Part shown: positions 52,106 to 61,749 of the stretch, piece by piece
Layout of the letters: each line of letters starts with the position of its first letter
Position numbering within the stretch: position 1 is the first letter of the stretch
Origin: Phoronis australis
Taxonomy: Eukaryota; Animalia; Phoronida
Direction of reading: 5' to 3'
NCBI GenBank assembly: GCA_002633005.1
Contig: NMRA01000960.1
Coordinates: forward strand, 1 to 64,000
Length of the DNA stretch: 64,000 nucleotides
Translations under genes and position numbers: made by a program
Notes under the pieces: generated by a model
What the model was told of the DNA's origin: nothing
What the model saw: only the letters and a program-made list of their open reading frames with translations
The model's database searches: none

Positions 52106-53436
52106 AGGCAAAGGCAACCTTTTTCATGTCATTTTTAGCAAAAAGAAGGTTCATTGGTTATCCCAGACATATTTTCCACTTAACTGCAGCTTTTCGTAAT
52201 TTAATTAATTATTCGTTCTCTACTCCAGAAATGACGTTTTGGGAGGCAAGAATTTCGCGCCAATTTCTTTTCATATAGTGACTGTGAGCGCTGTCGAGTC
52301 AGTCATTGATCTACCTCCGTTGTGATAAGTTCGTTCGTCGTTTGCTTTTCTTTACGAGTCCGTCAACATGCCACACTGTTGCTGCGTACCGGGATGTACT
52401 CATTATGGCCCAAAGCCTGTAAGCAGCCCTGCTGCAATGTTGAGTAGTGGGAGTGAATGCAGGCCCAGTGAAGAGTACAGTTTGTCGTTCAGTGAACACA
52501 TCGGTGAGCCAAACTTTTGATAAGTTTATTGCGGACTTGTCTAAAGTATTGGAGCTATTTAGAAGATGCCATGAGTGTGGCGAGGGAGTCACATGGCAGG
52601 GTGGAAGCAGTTTGTGTGCTCAGGTCACTATCCAGTGGGAATGTGTCGCGGGACACTCGGGCAAGTGGGACAGTTGTTCCACTGTCCGTGAGACGATAAT
52701 GAGTACATCCCCAAGGTACCTAAACTACACGGTCAACGGACTCATAAACACGGGCACAGATGCATGAACACGACTCACGGACCTGCAAACACTGTCCACT
52801 GACTCACAAACACGGGAACGGACTCACAAAACACGATCCACGCACCCAAATACTCATACTCCCGAGGAAACACGGTTAACAGACCGCCAAACACGGGTCA
52901 CGGACTCATCGGCTTCCTGGGTCAGCTGACATCTTCATTTTGTCCGTAAACCGTGTTTGGCGGTCCGTTAACCGTGTTTCCTCGTGAATATGAGTCCGTG
53001 TCCCGTGTATTTGGGTGCGTGGATCGTGTTTTGTGAGTCCGTTCTCGTGTTTGTGAGTCAGTGGACAGTGTTTGCAGGTCCGTGAGTCGTGTTCATGCGT
53101 CTGTGCCCATGTTTATGAGTCCGTTGACCGTGTAGTTTAGGTACCTTGATCCCGGTATGCAGCAACAGTGTGGCATGTTGACTGACTCTTAAACAAAAGC
53201 AAACGACGACCGAACTTATCACAACCCAGATATAACAATGAATTGACTTGGCAGCTCTCACAGTCAGACTATATGAAAAGAAATTGGCGCGAAATTCTTG
53301 CCTCCCAAAACGTCACTTCCGTAGTAGAGAACGAATAATTAATTAAATTACGAAAAGCTGTAATTAAGTGGAAAACATGTCTGGCATAAGCAACGAACCT
53401 TATTTTTGCTAAAAAGGCTTGAAGAAAAGGTTGCCT
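52106..53436 (+). mobile_element. Kolobok/T2-type non-autonomous element, TTAA TSD, about 300-bp TIRs, central zinc-binding coding remnant
   Basis: TTAA at 52102-52105 and 53437-53440; AGG...CCT termini; left arm 52106-52407 mirrors 52696-52711 plus 53154-53436; centre encodes KFIADLSKVLELFRRCHEC...VTIQWECVAGHSGKWDS. Confidence 0.85.
52712..53148. mobile_element. 437-bp palindromic MITE with 5-bp TSD (ATCCC), nested in the right TIR of the 52106-53436 element
   Basis: CAAGGTACCTAAACTACACGG ... CCGTGTAGTTTAGGTACCTTG; arms of about 200 bp built from acacgg/acggactca sub-repeats; ATCCC at 52707-52711 and 53149-53153. Confidence 0.92.
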
Positions 53437-56089
53437 TTAACCACACGGGTACTGCCACTATTATCATCTGCTTCAGAGTCACTAACTGAAATGGACTATT
53501 GATATCTGTTGTCACTTATGATTTCTACCTATTGTCACTGACATTTTAAAAACTGGTGTAAACTACCACACCATCACTTGATATCAAAAGCTAAACAATA
53601 AATTGTCACCAATTTTACAACCTTTTTTCTTAAAGCAGATCCTCTCATAAACAAGAACAGTCATCCATCAGTTTTACAGTTAACTACATAAGAATTTCAA
53701 AAATTAATTATGCAAAAATTCTCTATTTTGGGACAGTGAATGATTATTTTGATCAAAGTGGGAGTTTGTCACAATTTTTAGAAATTCACACAATTGTCTG
53801 TCAGAAATTCAAGGGGAATGGTAACAATTTATTAAATGTTTGTCATAAGAGTCACTTTTTATGAACTTACAAGAGTAATCTTGCAACCTGTTATTCTAAA
53901 ACATAGCATTAGGAATTTGAAAAGTACGGAAATATAAAAATCACTCACGCCTCAAATTTCAAGATGATAAAATCAAATTTCAGCAATGATTTCTGTGTTC
54001 TGAATTTAGGAGGCTGTCTCAATCTGGAGAATTTTTAATCACCTATCTAATTTCTATCACCAACTTTGTCACCTTTGCTAAAAATATATGTTAAAAACAA
54101 TTATAAGCTATAAACGTGATCCATCTCTTGCCATGAAAAATGTTCAAACATACACCATTGCCAGCATGATGATGAATGCACGCAGCAGTCAATAGCCTCT
54201 GTACAGCACAGAGTTGAGGGTTTTTGGCAAACATTTACATGTATCCCATACATTATGGCTACAGTGAATTCATTCTTAGTCATACCAATATGTAGCGAAT
54301 GACACATAGTAACAGAAGTGGTAGCCCATGTGGAGGATTTTCCAATTCTTTCACAATTTGTGTGGCTTGTCATCCAGGTTCCTCATGGGAAGTCTAAGCA
54401 CAATTTTTTCTGAAGTCTTGAAAAGATCATCCAAAAATGTACTGATTTCAAACAACGGTTTCCGATCACGTTGCTCGGTTGAATCTTTAGACATGAAGTT
54501 TGACAAGAAAGGGTTGAATTGTTGATAATTCTCAGATACTGGATGCCCATGGTCAACTAAGTCTTTGCTCCTGTTGGCTTCTTAGAAGCAGATGGCGAAT
54601 CAATCCATTAGTACATGTTTCTGTCGATCTTTAGACTGAGCAATGAGATTGCTGACATCCATTCTTGCTGATTTCTGCAGCTGTTTGAGTTTTGAACAAA
54701 ACAAAATGCCAGTTAGAGACGGTGGTCACTGTCTAATCCACTGAATAATAGGAATGTTATTCAGTTGTTACATTCATCAACTTTTTTCGACCATGTCTTT
54801 GTCCTGTCGTTCGTTTCCCATTTTTCCCTAGTATAAAGTGACCAACAACGCGTGTATTCGCCTGGTCAAGTCTAGACATTTGCTATCACTGGTGGTGTGT
54901 TCCATCTGGCTAACACTAACAGTCTGACTCTGTAAGGTATAACTAGTGAACTTGCACTGAAGTTATTACAACATGTTGATAGCGTCATTCTCAAAAACAG
55001 GGAACATTATATCCGACTTGTTTCCGAAGTAGTTAGGTGTGATAAGACTGAACTCTGAAGTCGAAGTCCAAGTAGCCACAGTCAAAGTGATGTGTCGAAA
55101 ATCACCAATTTACTTTCAATTCAGACCCCTTTTAACTCACTTTTTATGCAAGTACAACCGTACAGGCGTACACGACTGGCCCCAGTTAGATTCCCGGTTC
55201 GGAGATTGATCTGAGTCGGCATTTACAACAGTTGTTCAGTAACATTTATATTGATTCAGAAACGCGATAGGCCTACTGCCTAAACCAGAAATCGCGATCC
55301 ACCATGTTTACAAAAGCGCCGTCTACTGAGCAAACGGATAGAAGTTTTAACTACTTTCGCGCAGGGTAATGTACTCCATATGAGTAAGATAATACATGCA
55401 GTGTTGGCTTACGTAGTAAATGCCGGGCGCACGCGCTACTGCAGCTGACAACTTGACGCCATATTGGAGAGTGCTACTAGTCACATGACACGGCTAATTG
55501 CCGTGTAAACAAACGGGGTAAATTGTCTTTTTCAAAGCGCGATATCTAACATATAAATAGGCCGAAGAGTGAGATTTTTTCCAGAAACATGCAAACACAT
55601 GTGATGTAGCACTTACATACGTTTTAAGAGTTAATCAGTCGATATGGAAAATGTCAAACTATTAGAATATCGCAACCAGTGGCAGATTTTCGAGTGGCCT
55701 GAGCGGATGCACGCCTGTCAATCCACTGCGTTTATTATTTTTCGTTTTTTCAAGAGAAACCAGTAAGATCGCGAAAATTTATCATTTAATTCGTGTCGCT
55801 CGATGCAAATACATTATATCCAGGAGACGTGCTGCTCACTTGGGACGTACTTTTGTTATGCCTCAATAAGCCTTAGTTTTCAGCATTGAAAATGACCCCC
55901 GGGTAACTACGTAAAATCAAAATACGATCCAGGTCGCATTTAATGGGAGACCATTTAAATTTAATGTGAACTACTGTGAAAAATGACCTCATTGGAGTCA
56001 TATAGATAAATGACAGGTTTTTAAAGTACATTAGGGCGTTCTCCCGTTCGACTAGACGTACAGCGGTTGTGAGCGTGTGATAGTCTTAA

Positions 56090-57699
56090 AGGAGCATGCC
56101 ACCCAAAAACAACTTAATTTGTATCAATTTAGATCGACTAGTTCTACTCCATAACGACACGTACGGTTGCATTACCTGACACCTGACGGCAGACGGAGGT
56201 GTTGAAATTATCCAATGACGTCATCGGTTTCACACGCAGTCTGTTCAGCAGTTCACAACACGGGTTACTGGTGTCAGCTTATCGCTTGAAGTCATCGTTT
56301 AACACCAATAAATCACTTCGATGTAAAACCCTTAAAAATACACCGAGTTCTTATAAAAACGTGTATTATTTCGCTCTTACGGATTTATTTGTATTTGGAC
56401 ACACCGTAGCCTACAAAGTTCGGCAGGCTAATAAGGTCCGTAGCAGGAGTTTGGGGTCTGTTCGGAGATAATTTCGAAGTATTTTCCGTGAGATACAGAC
56501 AGGAGAACCTAGATCTGTGTTGTTTAGACTTGTGATTTTTTGAGTTTTAAACACAAAACGCTTGTTATCCTGGCCAGTGGCTCGGAAGCTGATCAGACAT
56601 CACGAACATAAACCAGCCAAAGTTCAGTGGAAACTAAACTTCCAGTCAAGAAAATACTATACTAGTGAGCCAATATGTTGGTGAATTAGCCACGAAACTG
56701 CAAATCTACTTACTCGTCGGGGGCCGCGAATTCACTCGGGTTCCGCTTTGGCCACAGCGCCGTCAGGGCAGAAGTTGTACATATTTGACAATCATTATTT
56801 GAGTAATGTAAATGTAAATAAAGATTCCCCTAACACCTGGCCTTGGGATGGAAATCGAATTGTTTCGCAACAGTTTCTGCCACCAAACACTAAATTAGCA
56901 TGAGCTCACACGGCCTCGGTGTCCCGTCAATTAGTTTTATTGCACCTAAAGCCGGTAACGCAGTGATTTATTCATTGCTGGCTTCTCAAATCATTTGCAT
57001 TTACGAACACTCCAAAGGCATTACAAATTGCATCTAATAAGACAGAATTTGTTTCAGTTTTATATAAGTATTGGTTAGGGTGAGAATAATTCATTTTGAA
57101 ACAGGACGCTCAGTAATAAACGCCAACATATCTATGGCAACTCGCAATCCCGACTTAGGACGAGCTAGAGCTCATCAGTCCCGACTTCGCAGGTGGATCG
57201 TTAAGTTTTACAGGCTATCAATTCGAACAGGAATACAGTGATGAAGAGATACTAGAGAGGCGCCATGAAAAAGCTCAGACAACTGAACGTATGGAGTTAT
57301 TTGGTAAGCCGGCATCCGTCAGGCACTGTCGACGTTTGCAGGCCACAGACACGGAGATGTTTCACGGCCTCGTACTTGCTATTTACAGCGTACATTTCAT
57401 TCGTCACTACCATGAGCCACTTCCTAAGCATTTCGGACTCTCGAGGAAGTAAAAAAAAAAAAAACGATATACCCGCTTTCCTCGCAGCTGCTTAGTTCAG
57501 ACAAGCGGGAACGATGCACCGCAACATAGCTGCATTCACTCTGCATATGAACCACTGACGTCGCTGCGTCGCTTCTCACCTTCCTCACAGGTTAACGCCA
57601 CACCTCTCGTCAAGGTGAGGTCGACTGTATAAGAGGCAATGTGGATATAGACCGATTAAGACGGTAAAAAAGACTAATAAAATCGGGTGGCATTCTCCT
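56090..57699. mobile_element. Kolobok/T2-type non-autonomous element (1.6 kb), TTAA TSD
   Basis: TTAA|AGGAGCATGCCACCC ... GGGTGGCATTCTCCT|TTAA (15-bp TIR, 1 mismatch) plus weak subterminal symmetry; no long ORF. Confidence 0.85.
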
Positions 57700-57703
57700 T
57701 TAA

Positions 57704-57775
57704 GATGTCTATGGGTTAGAGCTCCGGACTCCCGCTTGGGAGACCTGGGTTCAAATCCTGACTTCACTGGCTGAC
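57704..57775 (+). mobile_element. tRNA-derived SINE head fragment
   Basis: ggttagagc...ggagacctgggttcaaatcctg (end of D arm plus B box). Confidence 0.55.
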
Positions 57776-59711
57776 ATTCGAGCATTGCACAAAGGTACCT
57801 CCTATTCCTCTGAGCTCAGTCTTGCTAGTGAGTGTATGCAAGGGAGTGAATGAGAACCTGGATATAATGCGAAAGCAATTTCTGTGGGGCTGTACTCACA
57901 TTTTTTAAAACGACATTCCGTGAGTCTGCTAAAAATAATTGGCAAAGGGACAATTTAAGAGAATGAAAAGCAGAACAAATCATCGAAAACAGAAATGGTC
58001 GCTTGACGTTGCGTTTGATACTCGAAATCATAAGATAATGTCAAACTGTTTTCGCCAGAAAATAGCGTCATTACAAACACAGACCCTGGTCATGTTTTAT
58101 TAACACTGAAGTAACACCGGAGAATGAAAAACACGAGGAAGTAAATATCAAATGCGCCATTGTTATTGCTGAATAAAGCGCGCACCTTTCTTACTATGAA
58201 AACGAGCACTGTTGTGCATAGCCTTGGTACGAAGCTGTATACCAAATATATCTTGACGTAGCTACATGTACATACCGGGTAGCTGGCTGGCCATGTTGTG
58301 CTAAACGTATTCGCTCTCATTTATCATATATCTTACAAAAGCATTATTTTATGAAGGCAACCAGTGTTCACATAACATAAAATTAAAATGTAAATATCAA
58401 CGACATAAAATTGCTTGATGCTAGTTTAACGCAATTCTTATTGATAATTTTCAAGCAGCCGTTTATCTTGTCATAATGAGCCAAACTTGGTTGAAGGCTC
58501 GAGTGCACCTATCAGACAAGAGATTGTATACATGTAGAGACTACGCATGACAATCGTGCCGTCAACCAAGTTTGTGTCAATGAATGGCTGCTACCAAATA
58601 CCGATTTCATAATGAATGACATGCATTACGTTAAAAAGATTATTCTAATGAGGTGATCCGTTTAAAATACTTGTTGATCAAGTCGAATTTACATGTAGCT
58701 CCACCAACAGAGCGTTAGACTGCCATCGCGGGGATTGCAGGTTCCCTTTCGCACCGAGACTAATCTCAGGAAATCACTTTTCGTCCCGATAACGTCCCTT
58801 TAAGATTGCTTTAGCCTGCAGTCTATCAACTACCAAGGTCACGTTTTTTCTTCGATTTACTTTTGAAACCATATACAATGCCGTTCACTGGGGCATTGTG
58901 CAGTGGCATGGGACACCATTCTGAACAATAAGGGTCAGCCATTCGACGTGTTATTAATAGTCAGTTTTCAAGTTGGCATGGCGTAAACTGCACGTAGACA
59001 TGTCATTTTTAGTAAAATTGCTCATCTTGCTGTTTTCTGGACGATCGGTGCTAAGTACTGTTGGGTAAGATTTAACTTGTTCTTTTACGTGTATTGTACC
59101 AGGAATTGAAAGAGTTCCGAACTTTGCATGTTGTTTTTGTCAACGAATAAGACCTACGTGTAGACTACGTTTGTAAAAGACTTCTCTCTTAAACGATGCA
59201 ATTTCTTGTATTTTCACCAGTTTAAAGCACAAATCAAAAGATGCCACTAAGAGTGGAACAGTTTGTATACTGCTTAAGTTAATTCAAAAAGTTTAAAAGT
59301 TCACGAAAAGGCGTCCAGCATGATTCACCCGTTGCAACTAATTCGTTGATGCACCGGCAAGAGTTCAATTTAAAATTATATCTTAAATTCAGTTTATTTA
59401 AAAAATAGATGCAACTTTTAATAAAACATTATTTAGGACCAATGTTTTGACTGAAGGGGATTGTAATAAAATCCGCCTGAACTACAAAGAAGCAGAAATA
59501 GTTTCTCTGGACAAGTGCAGAGTACTGGACTGACAATCTAAAGGTCTCTAGGTCAATCACAGCTTACGTCAAGAAAAACGAAACAGGTGTTCATAATTGA
59601 CTAGCATGAGTGTACCGTACACCCGTGATCTTTCTTTTAAGAACGGTATAACACCTGAAGATGGACGAAAAGGTGACGTCGTGCCAAAGTAAATAGACAA
59701 CAGGTTGGTTA

Positions 59712-59953
59712 TAAAAAATAATTGCAGACGGTCTGATACACGTTGTACCAGACATGCGCAGGCCGCAAATGTGAGCCCATTGCACTGCTCACCTGGAATC
59801 AATTTTATGCTTTATTAATATATAGTTAAAACCGAGATGAGGAGCTAGGATGTTGACTCAATGGTCTAGCAGTGTAACCCAGTGGTACTCGAAACTACGA
59901 CCTCCAGTAAAGAAAGCGGGCACCTATCACACTAGGCCACATTGACTTCTCAG
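59712..59953 (-). mobile_element. tRNA-derived SINE, same family as 25602-25810, with an extra AT-rich insert of about 30 bp
   Basis: Shared body (cggtctgatacacgttgtaccagac, tccagtaaagaaa, gcacctatcacact); TSD CAGGTTGGTTA 59701-59711 vs CAGGATGGTTA 59954-59964. Confidence 0.88.
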
Positions 59954-60213
59954 CAGGATGGTTAAGTACACCGATAGATTTTAGAAATGATGTAATCATG
60001 ACAGGACTTCAAAGCGGTTTCAGGAAGACAGAATATAAACTGACAGATGACATGCTGGAAACATGCGTACGCATAGTGAGATGGTAAAAAACAATGACCC
60101 CTAAATAGCCTGCCCCTTTCAGCAATACACCTAAAAAGTGTGTTTTCGGCGGTAAAGCCCAATGTTCTTCAAATCATACAAAACATAGAAGACTCCGTCC
60201 TCATTACAGTTAT

Positions 60214-60589
60214 TATATAGACGCTGAGGTTGGCCAGCAATGAAATATATCAAATAAACAAAGAAACATGAGGAACCCCAACACAGATCTCTGGATTGCC
60301 GGTCTAGTGCTCTCACCACAGAGCTACTGAGGACCCGATATCTGTGCAATTACTGTTTACAGCCAACTGTTAAGTCATACATCCCATGAGCGGCAAATCG
60401 TCTTTTTCACACAGGATTTGGACAATTATATATACACTCAGCATTTCACCAGTATGTGTTAACTAGATATAATAAATATATAGGCGCTGAGGTTGGCCAG
60501 TAATGAAATGTACCAAATAAACTCAGAAACATCAGGAACCCCAACTGGGAATCGAACCACTGTCTCTAGATTGCTGGTCTAGCGCTCTC
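60214..60589 (-). mobile_element. Partial-tandem (about 1.4 units, 263-bp period) tRNA-containing repeat
   Basis: tatatag.cgctgaggttggccag.aatgaaat at 60214 and 60477. Each unit has a minus-strand tRNA-like cloverleaf (60272-60336 with the B box deleted; 60535-60589 with GGTTCGATTCCC and anticodon arm CTAGA-CCAGCAA-TCTAG). Confidence 0.8.
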
Positions 60590-61749
60590 TTATTTGATAC
60601 ATTTAAAGTTCATTTGTAAAAATAATCGTTTTCATCTCTTTTGCGTTAGAGTTTTATGTTTTTTGAAAATCCAAAGACTAAATGCGTAGAAACCGCAGAA
60701 AGTCAAAGTGGGAAGATTTTATTCCGTTTATATTCCTTGCTGCAATTTTATTTTCAAAATAAGTAATTTTTCGTTTTGTCATACCCCAAATCATACGTAA
60801 CAGTGTTTTCAACAGATATGCCCACGGCGTACACATAGGAAAATATTCATGTTTGAATCCCAAAACTTTGCCTAGATTTATGGAAAGTGGACACCCAAAC
60901 AGTATCTGAAGTAAACTTCCAACAATAAAGTCCCACCTGTGGGACAATGGTGCATCGGCTATGTTGTGTATTGAACGTATATTCACCCTGACTTCTAAAT
61001 ATACGTCCACGCTTATACGTGGATTTGACTTTTGGTCCCTAAACTAATATTTCCCAACAAGCACGTACCCTGGGCTTTTTTGCAGAAAATTCCGGTACCA
61101 AAGTTACCCTCAGGTGCAGAGTTACATCCTGTGCATATGTATTAGATAAGACATATTGATTACATGCTTTTTGTTTGGGCCAACAACTGCTGAAGATAAA
61201 TGCTATTTTTGCCTTCATTGTCTGCACACACATTTATGAACACGTTGATCGTTTACCATGATGCGCACTGAGCAAAGACAACGTCGTAAAAAGTAACCGA
61301 GAAAATTTGTTCTTTATGCATCTATCCCAGTACCTCCAGTATATGCAAAACAAAAGATGATACTACGGTTGAAGAAGTTTAAGTTGGCGATGTAATCGAT
61401 TGGCCAACGGCCTGGAAGTTTTTAAAAGAACACTAAACCCTGGTGATTTCAACCACTCCTCCTTCTGTCGGTGCAATGAACAATTGGCTATTAGTTGAGT
61501 AATAAGAACACAAAAGCACGATTCAACTAAAAATGCATACTTACTGCGTCACAGAATGGATAGTATTATACCTGGTGAGTGGTGTTCTAATAACATACTG
61601 TAGGTCTCGCTTTTCTGTTTAGCGGACTTTGCAAGGGATTTTCAAGAAATGCTCCAAACTTTGGGGTTGATATAGGTGCAGAGCATTTTGCTTTGTTTCA
61701 GAGAGATGGACGAGAAAGTCATTATTAATATCTATAAATACGTCAAAAT

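Noticed and set aside
57145-57190. Minus-strand CTGATGA followed by a hairpin
   Set aside because: Lacks the GAAA and NUH elements of a hammerhead.
51998-57699. Single 5.7-kb composite transposon bounded by the two ~110-bp inverted ends
   Set aside because: The 57699 end already has its own partner at 56090 with a TTAA TSD and subterminal symmetry, so two independent copies is the simpler reading, though the composite is not excluded.
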